Assembly (NCBI GenBank): GCA_041697335.1
Contig: JBGUGD010000023.1
Span: forward strand, 118,515-182,514
Length of the DNA stretch: 64,000 nucleotides
Origin: Vampirovibrionaceae bacterium NZW_1234
Lineage (GTDB): Bacteria; Cyanobacteriota; Vampirovibrionia; Vampirovibrionales; JAGQHJ01
Direction of reading: 5' to 3'
The notes beneath the pieces were generated by a model. The model was not told the DNA's origin. It made no database searches and saw only the letters and a list, made by a program, of their open reading frames with translations. Shown piece after piece: positions 19,059 through 29,685 of this stretch. A program made the position numbers and the translations under genes. Numbering within the stretch: position 1 is the first letter of the stretch; each line of letters starts with the position of its first letter.

Positions 19059-20648
19059 TTAAATTGGCTCTGCCGACAAGGAAGGTCCCGCTTCAGGCGC
19101 CGGGGAGAGCGTACTGGAGAGGACGTGATAATACTGTTCAACTTCAGCCCGATCGTCAAAGGCGATGGTTCTGTCGGCCAGAATCTGATATGTTTCGTGG
19201 CCTTTTCCGGCAATCAGGACCAGGTCATCCGGATGAGCCAGGTTCAGGGCGTGATGAATCGCCTGTCGGCGATCGGGTTCAACGATCATCCGTTCCGGGC
19301 GAAACCGCTCGATGCCGGTGAGAATGTCGGTGATGATTTGCTGCGGATCTTCCGAGCGGGGGTTATCCGAGGTAATGACCAGAATATCGGCGTCTTTTTC
19401 TGCAATCATCCCCATCTGGTGCCGTTTGGCAATGTCTCGTTCGCCGCCGCAGCCAAACACGAGAATCAGGCGACCCGTCGGGGTAAGTAGGTTACGAGCC
19501 GCACACAGAACGTTTTCCAGACCGGAAGGTGTGTGTGCATAATCCACAATGACGGTTGGACGTTGGTGGACACGTTCAAAACGGCCTCGAATTTCCGTAA
19601 TTTCAGACAAGGCCTCTTGAATGACCGGAATCGGGACCTTCAACGCCAGAGCGGCAGAAATGGCTGCCAGAGCGTTATAAATGCCAAACTGGCCAATAAG
19701 ATTGAGTTTTACTGGAAAGGCTTCCGCAGGCAAGACACACGTAAACGTGGTGTGCTGCAATTCGTTACGAATGTCTGTCGCAACGACATCGGCTTTGGGC
19801 TTGGGATTATTGGCCGACGCCACGGCATAGTAAACCCGGCGAACATGGGGGGGGCAATGCGACTCGAAGTGAGACACATAGGGATCATCCGCATTCAGCA
19901 CCGCGATTTTAGTCTTGTTTTCTTCGGGTTCAAGGGATTGGAATAGCAGTGTTTTTGCTTGGACATAGCGTGTTGTTGATTTATGAAAATCCAAGTGCTC
20001 AGGCCAAATGTTGGTCAATACGGCCATATCGAAATGGCACCCTGCAACTCGGCCTTGTGCCAGGGCATGGGAGCTGACTTCCATGACCACGGTATCGATC
20101 TCAGATTGGGCCAGTTTGGCCAATAAGGCTTGCAACTCATCGGCTTTGGGTGTTGAGGGTTTTGCCTGAATGGGATCACATAAGCGCTCGGATTCCAATC
20201 CCAGCGTGCCAATGACTGTGGTGTTGCGATGATGTTTTTTCAGAATGTGATCCAGAATATGTGCGACCGTGGTTTTTCCATTGGTTCCGGTAATTCCGAT
20301 CATGGTGAACGTTCGGCTGGGATCCTGAAAAAAACGGCTGGCTAAGGTGCCCAGAATTTGATGGGTACTGTGGACCGAAAGAATGGCACACTGATTTAAA
20401 ATTGCGGGCGGGATGCTTTTCGGATTTTCAACGATCAGCGCAATCGCACCCTGGACAACGGCATGTTCTGCAAACTCGTGCCCATCAGTAATATGGCCCG
20501 GCATGCAAACAAATACGGCATCGGGTTTGACTTGGCGAGAATCCGAGAACACGCCTGAAATTTCCCGGTGTCTCACTTGGTCATAGAACTCGGGATTGAT
20601 AAGGGTGACCTGATCCCCAAAGTCGGAAAATAACGCTTGCAATTGCAT
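19059..20648 (-). CDS. murE: UDP-MurNAc-Ala-Glu:meso-DAP ligase
   Basis: DSRQV, GITGTNGKTT, MEVSSH, HLDFH, DYAHTP, GCGGERD, DNPR (DAP-type), GKGHE. Confidence 0.96.
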   Translation of the reverse strand: MQLQALFSDFGDQVTLINPEFYDQVRHREISGVFSDSRQVKPDAVFVCMPGHITDGHEFAEHAVVQGAIALIVENPKSIPPAILNQCAILSVHSTHQILGTLASRFFQDPSRTFTMIGITGTNGKTTVAHILDHILKKHHRNTTVIGTLGLESERLCDPIQAKPSTPKADELQALLAKLAQSEIDTVVMEVSSHALAQGRVAGCHFDMAVLTNIWPEHLDFHKSTTRYVQAKTLLFQSLEPEENKTKIAVLNADDPYVSHFESHCPPHVRRVYYAVASANNPKPKADVVATDIRNELQHTTFTCVLPAEAFPVKLNLIGQFGIYNALAAISAALALKVPIPVIQEALSEITEIRGRFERVHQRPTVIVDYAHTPSGLENVLCAARNLLTPTGRLILVFGCGGERDIAKRHQMGMIAEKDADILVITSDNPRSEDPQQIITDILTGIERFRPERMIVEPDRRQAIHHALNLAHPDDLVLIAGKGHETYQILADRTIAFDDRAEVEQYYHVLSSTLSPAPEAGPSLSAEPI

Positions 20649-20729
20649 AATAGGCTCTGATCCCCAGATGACTCTGCCTTATTCTAGCATCCTTCCGCGT
20701 GGGGATGTTGGTGCCAATGGCAATAGAGC

Positions 20730-21188
20730 CTAAGCCAAGCCTAAATCCTGGGCAATAGCCAGTGCACCCGCGTCATCCAGTAATTCGCCGGGACGCCGGA
20801 ACTTTTTTGCAATCTTCATCATCTTGGACAATTCATCGAAGGATTGATCAAACATCTCTTCGTAGAATTCCTTAAATTCAGGATGCTCCTTTTTATTGGC
20901 GAGTGCCAGATTCCATTGCTGTTTAAAGAAATGTGTTTTTTTGATTTTTGCAGCTAATACGGGGTTCCATTTGGCTTTCATCATATCCCGATACGCTTCT
21001 TGTTGATTTAACCATTCCAATAGCGGAGTGCGCCGCCTCCCAGTCAGCGGATCACAGTTCTCCTGTCGTTTTGGCCCTGAAAATTTTGAGATGGGCGAGC
21101 CATCGTACCCAAGCCTGAAAGGTGTTCCAGAAGGTGAACATCCGCAGGATTTTGTCTGTTTTTTCGAAAACCAGTCCAAACTGAACAC
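20730..21188 (-). CDS. Hypothetical protein
   Basis: Open frame with a helical, Lys/Glu-rich C-terminal half; start uncertain (GTG 21188 or 21302). Confidence 0.5.
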   Translation of the reverse strand: MFSLDWFSKKQTKSCGCSPSGTPFRLGYDGSPISKFSGPKRQENCDPLTGRRRTPLLEWLNQQEAYRDMMKAKWNPVLAAKIKKTHFFKQQWNLALANKKEHPEFKEFYEEMFDQSFDELSKMMKIAKKFRRPGELLDDAGALAIAQDLGLA

Positions 21189-21452
21189 AGTCCGTTTCCC
21201 CCGACTTACTCCCAATGCACTCTGAATTGATGTGACTTTACAAATTATAGCAAGTATCGGTAGTTCTGTCTTCGATGTTAAAGATTTTTTAAGGGTATCC
21301 ACTCTAAAAGATACCGTCTTGTAGATTTTATATATTCAATTTAATGATAGAGAAACGAGAGGGATACCTTTCTTTATCTCGGGTTTTTCAGTCAGAGAAA
21401 TGCTAGGATAGAAAATAGAAACAGGTTAGTCATTCAGCGTGGAAGTTACTAC

Positions 21453-22262
21453 ATGATGAACGTCCTCGGTTCGGGTTTACGTCTCCATCGCATTGCTGTC
21501 TCACAGGTATTGCTTTCGGCCCTGTTATTCTCGGGCAGTTTCTCCTCTGTGGATCTGCCGGCTCATGCGGCTTCGGAAAAAGTTGAATCTCACGCAGATG
21601 ATGCTCACGCGGTTGCGTCGAAACGTCAGTATATTCAGTGGCAACAATTGCCTCCAGGCAAAACCCGTCAGGCTTTCGATGCTTATGGTTCCAAGCTCAT
21701 AAACAATCTCAATCTGGTAGCGCTGGAAAACGGTAAGCCCACGTTGATTCGGGGCGGCGGGTTTACCAAGGCCGGGTTGAACTGGTTGGTAAATGACATG
21801 GGGGTGAGGACCATCATTGATCTACGCGGCCGCTTTGCTGATGACAAAACAAACCAGATCATCGTGCATTCCCCGGAACTCTTGGCGAAACATAAAAAGG
21901 CAGGAACCTTGGATCAACTGGAAAACTTATCTCCTGCCGAGGTAAAAGCCTATGTTGCCGAATTGAGTCGGCAGAAAAAAGTGCCCATTCAGTATTACAA
22001 CATCAAGGCAGAAGATCCGGCTACGATGACTTATTTGTCAGCTTCTTCTCCAGAAAATCCTGTGGCGATGTTCTGCCAATATGGGGTCAATCGGAGTGGT
22101 ACGGCCTGGGGTGCTTTCGTTGCGCAGCAGGGCTGGCCGATCGAGCAGGCTTACCAGCACTTTGGAATTCGCAACGACCAGGGTGAGATCCGCAATAAGC
22201 GTGACATTCTGTACGGGTATAATGTCCATCGCTATCGGTCGAAACAGGCGCCTTTAAAATAA
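21453..22262 (+). CDS. Exported tyrosine/dual-specificity phosphatase-like protein
   Basis: Signal-like N-terminus ending AHA; LIRGG, GVRTIIDLR and Cx5R loop FCQYGVNRSG. Confidence 0.8.
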   Translation: MMNVLGSGLRLHRIAVSQVLLSALLFSGSFSSVDLPAHAASEKVESHADDAHAVASKRQYIQWQQLPPGKTRQAFDAYGSKLINNLNLVALENGKPTLIRGGGFTKAGLNWLVNDMGVRTIIDLRGRFADDKTNQIIVHSPELLAKHKKAGTLDQLENLSPAEVKAYVAELSRQKKVPIQYYNIKAEDPATMTYLSASSPENPVAMFCQYGVNRSGTAWGAFVAQQGWPIEQAYQHFGIRNDQGEIRNKRDILYGYNVHRYRSKQAPLK

Positions 22263-22271
22263 CGAGGGGAT

Positions 22272-23672
22272 TTAAGCCGTCGTTGTCATGGGCCTTGGTT
22301 TACCAGGTTTTGCCTGGGTTACCGTATAGTGTTCGATGATTTTGCCCAGCCAGTCATTCACGTGGACAACCGATTGCCAGTCTACTCGTTCTCGAACGGT
22401 ATGGGCCTCCTCGATATGAGGCCCGATCAGAATGGCATCAAACTGCTCGCCATAGGCATTTTTCTTATTGGCCAAAATACTGGCCTGGGCTGCTGCATGT
22501 ATGGGCCCCACCTGGACCTCGGGGCCGTTCATGGCTTTGGAGGCGTCTTGGCATACGCCTGGTAGTACCGATTTCGGATCGCCCTGCCAGGCTGGATAGT
22601 GTTCCTGCCAGTCCATTTTGATTTTTAAATTGGGCTGGGTCTGACGGTGACGTCGCTCGTAATTGCGAAATAGTTGGTCCATCCGGGTGAGTTCTTTGCT
22701 TTGTGCATCTTTATCGAAGCTGCGCATCATAATGGTCATGTTGGCAGACTCCGGGATGGCGTTTGATGCTGTTCCGCCCTGCATCATGCCAATGTTCTTG
22801 GAAATCAGGGGCATGTTCGGGTAATGCGGATGCATGGTCACCGGACCGGTTCCGATTTTTGGAACCATGCGCGACATTAGATCAATGGCATTCAACCGAT
22901 TCGGGCGGGTAATATCAACGCCGGAATGGCCGCCATTGGTCCCGGTGACCTTGACGTTGATCTCCACAGCACTTGCCAGACCGTTGACGACTTTGAAGGC
23001 GTTAAACTCATCCACCACAATGACATGTCTGGCTTTGAATTTTGAGGTGTCCAGCTTTCGCAAGGAGTCACACGAGCTTTCTTCATCGGGGGACAATACG
23101 ATCTCAATGGGGACATGGGGTTTGTTTTTAAGGTTGGCGACGTTTTCAATAATGATGGATAAGCCCCCTTTGTCGTCGGCCCCCAGGGTGGTGGTACCAT
23201 CCGTTCCGATAAATTCTCGTCCCTCGTGCTGGAAAAGACGCCGTTGGACCGGCCGGGTCGGATCCAGGGGATTGCCCGCCACAATGTCCATATGGGCCGT
23301 CAGCATCAAAGGGCGTGCTTTTTCATAGCCTGGAGAACCGGGGACCCGAATGATCAGCGATCCCCATTCATTTTCTTCAATCTGCAAGTTGGGAATTTTT
23401 AAATCCTGAAAACTTTTGATCACCAGGGCTTTCATTCGTGCCATTTGCTCCGTAACAGGCTGGTGGTGCCTGGGATCGGCTTGAGGCGTTGCGCTGGGAA
23501 TATCAATCATCTCAAACATGCGTCGAATAACAGGATATTGTTGGGCAAGTGCTGACATACGCTCCTGTCCTTGACTGTTTTCGGCTCCAAAGCGATTGTT
23601 TCCTGCGTGCTTTTGGGGCAGGGGCGTCTGCAATGCCATGGGTTTGAATTGTACACAACGAACCATCATCAC
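22272..23672 (-). CDS. M20-family metallopeptidase (PepT/PepD-like)
   Basis: AHMD, LGADDKGG, PDEE, GGHSG, NAIP, AHT..E motifs. Confidence 0.88.
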   Translation of the reverse strand: MMMVRCVQFKPMALQTPLPQKHAGNNRFGAENSQGQERMSALAQQYPVIRRMFEMIDIPSATPQADPRHHQPVTEQMARMKALVIKSFQDLKIPNLQIEENEWGSLIIRVPGSPGYEKARPLMLTAHMDIVAGNPLDPTRPVQRRLFQHEGREFIGTDGTTTLGADDKGGLSIIIENVANLKNKPHVPIEIVLSPDEESSCDSLRKLDTSKFKARHVIVVDEFNAFKVVNGLASAVEINVKVTGTNGGHSGVDITRPNRLNAIDLMSRMVPKIGTGPVTMHPHYPNMPLISKNIGMMQGGTASNAIPESANMTIMMRSFDKDAQSKELTRMDQLFRNYERRHRQTQPNLKIKMDWQEHYPAWQGDPKSVLPGVCQDASKAMNGPEVQVGPIHAAAQASILANKKNAYGEQFDAILIGPHIEEAHTVRERVDWQSVVHVNDWLGKIIEHYTVTQAKPGKPRPMTTTA

Positions 23673-24056
23673 CTAAAACTCCCAACACATGACTCATTAA
23701 TCATTCTTTGTAATATAAAAATAAAGTTTTTGCATGAACAACTTTGTCGGGCTATTAGGCCATAGAGCAATAGGTGAAAAATATATTGGGACGCTCTAAC
23801 AAGATGTCGTCGTTTGAAGGCCTTCAGGAGTGGCCACGTGTCTTCTCCCAGGATTTTTTATCGCTGATTTGCGTGCGCAATGATCTCTTTCCAGAGGCGT
23901 TCCGGAACGCTTCTCCATGATGTTTCGTGACACGTGTAATCGTGAAGGTTATTAATAAAGTCGAGAGAAAAAATTGGATGCTGACATATACGTCCATGCT
24001 CAGAACAAAATCATTCGGGCCGGAACGCAAAAGTCGAATATTCAATTGTTGATGGG

Positions 24057-25373
24057 TTACTCCCCTCGAGCCGGGCCAGGATTGGCAATGGTGTCCGGGA
24101 GGATCTCCGTTCTGAGGGAGACGGCATCCAGCTGGCCGTTACGAAGGATTTGAAAATTAATGGTGGCATTAACCGGTTGGGAGCGGATAAAGTCCTGGAT
24201 TTCCTTGGGACTTCTCACGGCCTTGCCGTTCATACGCTGAATGACATCGCCCTGCTGAAACCCGGCACGAAAAGACGGGCTGTCGGGCATGACCTGGGCT
24301 ACAACAACCCCGTTGGTCGTTTCAGGTAGGCCAAGACTCTTGGCCAAGTCCGGTTTCAGCTCGGCCATGCTGATCCCAATCCAGGGCCGAGTGATTTTGC
24401 CTTGGGTGATCAATTCATTGGTGATCTTCTTGACCGAGTCAATGGGAATGGCAAAGCCAATGTTTTGGCCTGTTCCGGCAATGGCGGTGTTGATCCCAAT
24501 GATTTCGCCTTTGAGGTTCACCAACGGGCCGCCGGAATTGCCCGGGTTAATGGCGGCATCGGTCTGGATGAAATCGACGTTTGCATTAATGTCGGGAACC
24601 TGACGAGACAGCGCACTGACAATCCCCAGGGTGACGGTATGATCAAAGCCCAAGGGTGAGCCGACTGCGATGACCCAGTCTCCGGGGCGAAGGATTGAAC
24701 TGTTTCCCATAACTGCCGGACGCAGGCCGCTTGCACCATCCATCTTCAACACGGCAATATCCGTCATCGGATCGCGGCCAACGACTTTGGCGTTGAACTT
24801 TCGTCCATCATTGAGTGTAATGATGATCTCATTGGCCCCTTGGACCACGTGGTTATTGGTCAGCACATAGCCATCGGGACTGATGATGACCCCGGAACCG
24901 TTTCCACGAAGTACGGGCATCCGCTGCGGAACGCCTTGAAAAGGAACCATGTTACCCCCGAAGAAGCGTTCAAAAAATTCCGGACCAAAGGGCGTTACTG
25001 CAGCAGCCGGGTTTGCCGTTTTTTTAATGTCAATATTCACGACACTGGGAGCAATGTCCTGAGCCACATCGGCGATAATGCTGGAAGAACTGGAAAAGAG
25101 TGAATGCTCAGCGGAGCGGTTGACCAATTGAATGGGAGAACGCTCAGGCGCAGAACCTAAAAGTTGTACAGAATGAGTTTGCTGGGAAGGCACGCCGAGA
25201 GAACCCAACGTAAGGACTAATGCGGTAGAAGCCACCAAGAAGGCACTTGCCGAGAGCAAAACCGGGGCGGATAACTTGGATTTTGCTTTGACAGTCGGTA
25301 GCATGGGCTCCTCAGCGTTTGGAGATTGCTCAAGACCAGTACTCGTATGCGGATCCATCGTGTGCTTATCCAT
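24057..25373 (-). CDS. HtrA/DegP-family serine protease with PDZ domain
   Basis: GSGVII, TNNHVV, DIAVLK, QTDAAINPGNSGGPL, C-terminal PDZ, N-terminal TM. Start set at the ATG after GAAGGAG. Confidence 0.95.
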   Translation of the reverse strand: MDKHTMDPHTSTGLEQSPNAEEPMLPTVKAKSKLSAPVLLSASAFLVASTALVLTLGSLGVPSQQTHSVQLLGSAPERSPIQLVNRSAEHSLFSSSSSIIADVAQDIAPSVVNIDIKKTANPAAAVTPFGPEFFERFFGGNMVPFQGVPQRMPVLRGNGSGVIISPDGYVLTNNHVVQGANEIIITLNDGRKFNAKVVGRDPMTDIAVLKMDGASGLRPAVMGNSSILRPGDWVIAVGSPLGFDHTVTLGIVSALSRQVPDINANVDFIQTDAAINPGNSGGPLVNLKGEIIGINTAIAGTGQNIGFAIPIDSVKKITNELITQGKITRPWIGISMAELKPDLAKSLGLPETTNGVVVAQVMPDSPSFRAGFQQGDVIQRMNGKAVRSPKEIQDFIRSQPVNATINFQILRNGQLDAVSLRTEILPDTIANPGPARGE

Positions 25374-25528
25374 AGGGTGCAGTGCTCCTTCAACAAACAG
25401 CGTTTTCATTTTTCACATTCAGTGTAATGCAAAGAGGAAAAGGGTCAAGCCGAGTTCTCAGATGTCTTGAGATTCCGACAGACTTACGGTATAAAGATGA
25501 CTATCATCAAAGGAAGAAGTTCCCATTC

Positions 25529-26938
25529 GTGGATTTAACACTTAAAGATACGTTACAAGAGTTTTTGCTTCACCATGACCTTATTGGTCGCGACAGAGAA
25601 GCGCATTTTATAGTGGCCTTCTCCGGCGGGCGTGACTCTACTGCATTACTGCACTGCCTCGCTGAACTCAAGACTTCTTCCGATGTCGGGATTAATATTA
25701 CGGCGGCATATTATTGGCATCCTTGGCGTCCCTTGCAGCAAGATTTGCAGGTTGTCCATCAAAGTTGCAAAGCGCTGAATATTCCCTGGGTGATGTTAAC
25801 GCCGAATTTAACCTTGCCGAAAACGGAAACGGCGGCCCGGGAAGATCGCTACCGGCAGTTAACCAAACTGGCGCTGGATTTGGATGCGGCGGCAATTTTA
25901 ACCGCACATCATCAGGACGATCAGATTGAGACCATTCTGTTTCGCTTGTTCCGGGGAACAGGGCTGGATGGCATCACCGGGATTCCTTCCCTTCGTCTGT
26001 TATCCGACGATACCTCCAAGCCGGTATGGCTGGCCAGGCCCTTTATTGATACCCCGAGAAACCGGGTTGACGACTATGTTCAGGCTCGAGGCTTGCGCTA
26101 TGTGGATGACCCCACGAATACCAATACTCAACTCAAGCGTAATGCCATTCGCCATGAGCTGCTGCCTCAAATTGAACAGGCGTTTCCCCATGTCAGACAA
26201 TCCATCATTCGTCTGGCATCCCTGGTTGAGGGTGAAATCGACATTATTGAGAATAAAATTGATGAGATCTGGCAGGATGTCTTCGATTCGGAAGAACAAA
26301 GCCTGGATGAGATCCGTTTTAATCAGCTCTCGCCACCGTTTCAGCGCCGAATTATGCGCTGTTTCCTGAATCGGGCGGGGCAAGAAGCCGGTTTTCAAAA
26401 AATTGAGGATATTATTGGCTTTTTGGCTGGGAAGAATCGCAATATCCAGATGCCTTCGTTGCATTCTCTGGATGCCAAGCACTTTCTGCATGTCTATCGC
26501 AACCGGATTACGATTGAGTCTCCTCAACAGTCCAGCATTGCTCCTGTGCCTGTTCAGATTCCAGGCCAGGTGACCCATCTGGATTTGAAGACCACGGTTT
26601 CGATTATTCCCTTGACCGCCGAGCAAAAGCTGAGAAATATCGATTTTTCACGGCTGCCGGACAACGAAGTTTACGTGGATCTGTCCAAATTCACCGGCAG
26701 TGAGCTGATTCTGCGGTCCCGTCAGAAAGGGGACCGGATTAAGCCTTTAGGGATGTCGTCACCGATGAAGCTCAAACGGTTTTTCATTAACCGGTGTATT
26801 CCACGCTTTAAACGTGACAGTATCCCCCTGCTTGCCGCAGACTCGGAAGTCTTGTGGGCGGTTGGGGTTGAAATCAGTGAACAAATTCGGGTCAAGGATC
26901 GGCCCACCCATTTGATAACCGTAAAAAAGGAAGTGTAA
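25529..26938 (+). CDS. tilS: tRNA(Ile)-lysidine synthase
   Basis: SGGRDS PP-loop, TAHHQDDQIET, RGTG, RPF, RNAIRH, C-terminal TilS domain; followed by hpt. Confidence 0.95.
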   Translation: MDLTLKDTLQEFLLHHDLIGRDREAHFIVAFSGGRDSTALLHCLAELKTSSDVGINITAAYYWHPWRPLQQDLQVVHQSCKALNIPWVMLTPNLTLPKTETAAREDRYRQLTKLALDLDAAAILTAHHQDDQIETILFRLFRGTGLDGITGIPSLRLLSDDTSKPVWLARPFIDTPRNRVDDYVQARGLRYVDDPTNTNTQLKRNAIRHELLPQIEQAFPHVRQSIIRLASLVEGEIDIIENKIDEIWQDVFDSEEQSLDEIRFNQLSPPFQRRIMRCFLNRAGQEAGFQKIEDIIGFLAGKNRNIQMPSLHSLDAKHFLHVYRNRITIESPQQSSIAPVPVQIPGQVTHLDLKTTVSIIPLTAEQKLRNIDFSRLPDNEVYVDLSKFTGSELILRSRQKGDRIKPLGMSSPMKLKRFFINRCIPRFKRDSIPLLAADSEVLWAVGVEISEQIRVKDRPTHLITVKKEV

Positions 26939-26939
26939 C

Positions 26940-27506
26940 GTGCCGACTATGACTCAAACGTCCTCCATTCCTGACACACTGCAGGTCCTGATCTCGGAAG
27001 AACAGATTGATACCCGGCTGCAAGAAATGGCCGATGAGATTAATGTCCTCTACAAGGATACGGAAGCCTTGATCCTGGTGTGTATCCTTAAGGGTGGGTT
27101 TATGTTCGCCTCGGATTTGGCTAAAAAACTAACGGTTCCTTGCCAGATTGAATTTGTGCGCTTATCCAGCTACGGGAATTCTCAAAAAACGTCAGGGGTT
27201 GTCAAGCCTGTGGATCTGACCCTTCCCCCCCTGAGCGGCAAAGATGTGCTCCTGGTAGAAGACATTGTCGATACCGGGCTGACCTTGAGCTTCTTTATGG
27301 AGTATCTGGAGTCGTTGCATACGCCCAAGTCGCTCCGGCTTGCCGTGTTGCTGGACAAGAAAGAGGCTCGCCAAAAGCCTGTTAAAACCGATTTTGTGGG
27401 CTTTGAAGTCGGAAATCAGTATGTGGTGGGTTACGGCTTAGACGATAAAGGGTTCTATCGGAATTTACCCTATATTGGCTATTTCCCCATGCCGGATTCC
27501 GATTAA
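26940..27506 (+). CDS. hpt: Hypoxanthine phosphoribosyltransferase
   Basis: ILKGG, SSYG, VEDIVDTGLT, LLDK, VVGYGLD, RNLPYI. Confidence 0.96.
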   Translation: MPTMTQTSSIPDTLQVLISEEQIDTRLQEMADEINVLYKDTEALILVCILKGGFMFASDLAKKLTVPCQIEFVRLSSYGNSQKTSGVVKPVDLTLPPLSGKDVLLVEDIVDTGLTLSFFMEYLESLHTPKSLRLAVLLDKKEARQKPVKTDFVGFEVGNQYVVGYGLDDKGFYRNLPYIGYFPMPDSD

Positions 27507-27519
27507 GAGAGTCTCTCGG

Positions 27520-28617
27520 ATGATGCGCCCCGGCTTTACCGTTGCCGTGATGATTCCGACTGGCATTGGGGCCAGCATCGGAGGATTTGGCGGTGATGGT
27601 ATGGTGTTGCTGCCCATGCTGTCCTCCATCTGCGATACGGTGATTACTCATCCCAATGTTGCCAATGCTGCCTGTTTCCAGACGCTGCCGTCAAACACCC
27701 TGTATGTGGAAGGCTATGGGCTGGATCAGGTTTTTCGAGGCCATTGGGGTCTTAAGCCGGTTATTAAGAACCGGATTGGCATTATCTGGGATTCCGGGAT
27801 TTGCGAGGCCATGGAAACCCTGCATCGCAATACCATTGCCGGTGTTGAAACGGTTTATGGCGTTGATGTGGTTGGCGTTCAAGAAACATCGAGCCCTGTG
27901 GGGCTTGAAATCTGTGTGGGCGAATCGGGTCGCTCCACGGGGAAAATTACCAATCCCGATGTGTTGATCGAGGCGGGGCAGGCGCTTTTGGAACAAGGGG
28001 CAACGGCCCTTGCGGTATGCTGTTTAATGCCCAAGATTGATACGCCTGAAGATGAGCAGGCCTATAAACAGGGTCAAGGGGTTGATCCCATTGCCGGTTT
28101 GGAGGCGATGATTTCCCATTTACTGGTCTCTCATTTCCGTTGTCCTGTGGCTCATGCACCAGTCTTCGATTATGAAGACGCCCTCCCGGTGGTGGAGTAT
28201 CTCGTGGATCCCAGGGCGGCTTCGGAATTTATTGTGTCGACGTTTCTCCCGTGTGTGCTGACGGGATTGGCCAAAGCCCCCCAGTTTTATGAGCTGCCCA
28301 CACTCACACCGGGCATACAATGGGATGATATTCGTGCGGTTGTGGTTCCAGCCGATGCGTTGGGGTCTCCAGGCGTGCTTCGGGCTTTGGAAAAAAAGAT
28401 TCCGGTCCTGGCTGTCGAGAATAATGCAACTGTGATGACCTGTGATGCCACAGCACTGAATGCCGACGAGCATGTTATCCGCTGCCGCACCTATCTGGAG
28501 GCGATGGGGCACCTGGTGGCATTGAAAGCCGGAATAAAGTTGCCTGCTCATATTGTGTCGCCTTCTGCGGTGCATCATCTGCATCCTCATGGAGTGGCTT
28601 CCTGTTGCGATTGCTAG
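27520..28617 (+). CDS. DUF3326-family protein
   Basis: IPTGIGASIGGFGGD, ITHPNVAN, LYVEGY, GVDPIAGLEA motifs, recalled as typical of this family. Confidence 0.8.
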   Translation: MMRPGFTVAVMIPTGIGASIGGFGGDGMVLLPMLSSICDTVITHPNVANAACFQTLPSNTLYVEGYGLDQVFRGHWGLKPVIKNRIGIIWDSGICEAMETLHRNTIAGVETVYGVDVVGVQETSSPVGLEICVGESGRSTGKITNPDVLIEAGQALLEQGATALAVCCLMPKIDTPEDEQAYKQGQGVDPIAGLEAMISHLLVSHFRCPVAHAPVFDYEDALPVVEYLVDPRAASEFIVSTFLPCVLTGLAKAPQFYELPTLTPGIQWDDIRAVVVPADALGSPGVLRALEKKIPVLAVENNATVMTCDATALNADEHVIRCRTYLEAMGHLVALKAGIKLPAHIVSPSAVHHLHPHGVASCCDC

Positions 28618-28722
28618 CAGCCGTTTTTTGCAGGGCGGGAACATCAGCCTTGGTCAGGAAGGGGCGGTATGGATCGATGGTGATTTACGAGTTGAATGAA
28701 ACGTATAGGTAGAGCCAGAGCG

Positions 28723-29673
28723 ATGCGAATGTTGTTTCCCCCAATCGAGCCCTATAAAAGCTATTACTTTCCTGTGTCCGATGGGCACCAGCTGTATGTG
28801 GAAGAGGTGGGAAATCCTGACGGAATTCCGGTGGTGTTTCTTCATGGCGGTCCAGGGGGCGGCTTCAGTCCGGATCATCGCCGTTTGTTTGATCCCGGTG
28901 CCTACCGCATTGTGCTTTTTGATCAACGAGGGGCGGGGAAGAGCAAGCCCCATGCCAGCCTGGAGGCCAATACGACGTGGCATCTGGTGGCCGATCTGGA
29001 GGCGTTGCGTCAATCGCTCAATATTTCGAAGTGGCTTGTCTTTGGCGGTTCATGGGGGAGTACTTTGGCACTGGCCTATGCCGAAACTCATCCCGAGGCG
29101 GTATCCGGCTTGATTCTTCGGGGCATCTTTCTCTGTCGTCCTGAAGAGATTCGCTGGTTTTATCAGGAAGGGTGCAGCTGGATTTACCCCGATTTATGGG
29201 AGGCCTATATTGCGCCGGTCCCCTCTTCCGAGCGGCATGACATGATACAGGCGTATTACCGGCTCCTGACGCATCCGGATGAAGCCATTCGGCTGCAGGC
29301 GGCCAAAGCATGGAGTGTCTGGGAAGGCTCAACCTGCAAGCTGATCCCGAATGAGTCGGTGATTGCCAACTTTGAGGCCGATGCCCATGCCTTGGCCATG
29401 GCTCGGATTGAGTGCCATTACTTTGTCAACAATGCCTTCTTTACGAAAGAGAATCAGTTACTGGCCGATGTGGATCGAATCCGCCATATCCCGACCTGGA
29501 TTGTCCATGGGCGTTACGATGTGGTCTGCCCGGCCAAAAATGCGTGGGATCTGCATCAGGTCTTTCCCGAAGCCCAGCTCCGGATTATTTCGGATGCCGG
29601 CCATGCCTACAACGAACCGGGTATTCTAGAAGCCCTGCTAGAGGCGACTGAAACCTTCAGAACGTTAACTTAA
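28723..29673 (+). CDS. pip: Proline iminopeptidase (S33)
   Basis: LHGGPGGG, FDQRGAGKS, GGSWGS nucleophile, LRGIF, GRYD, AGH. Confidence 0.96.
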   Translation: MRMLFPPIEPYKSYYFPVSDGHQLYVEEVGNPDGIPVVFLHGGPGGGFSPDHRRLFDPGAYRIVLFDQRGAGKSKPHASLEANTTWHLVADLEALRQSLNISKWLVFGGSWGSTLALAYAETHPEAVSGLILRGIFLCRPEEIRWFYQEGCSWIYPDLWEAYIAPVPSSERHDMIQAYYRLLTHPDEAIRLQAAKAWSVWEGSTCKLIPNESVIANFEADAHALAMARIECHYFVNNAFFTKENQLLADVDRIRHIPTWIVHGRYDVVCPAKNAWDLHQVFPEAQLRIISDAGHAYNEPGILEALLEATETFRTLT

Positions 29674-29685
29674 CAAGACATCCAT

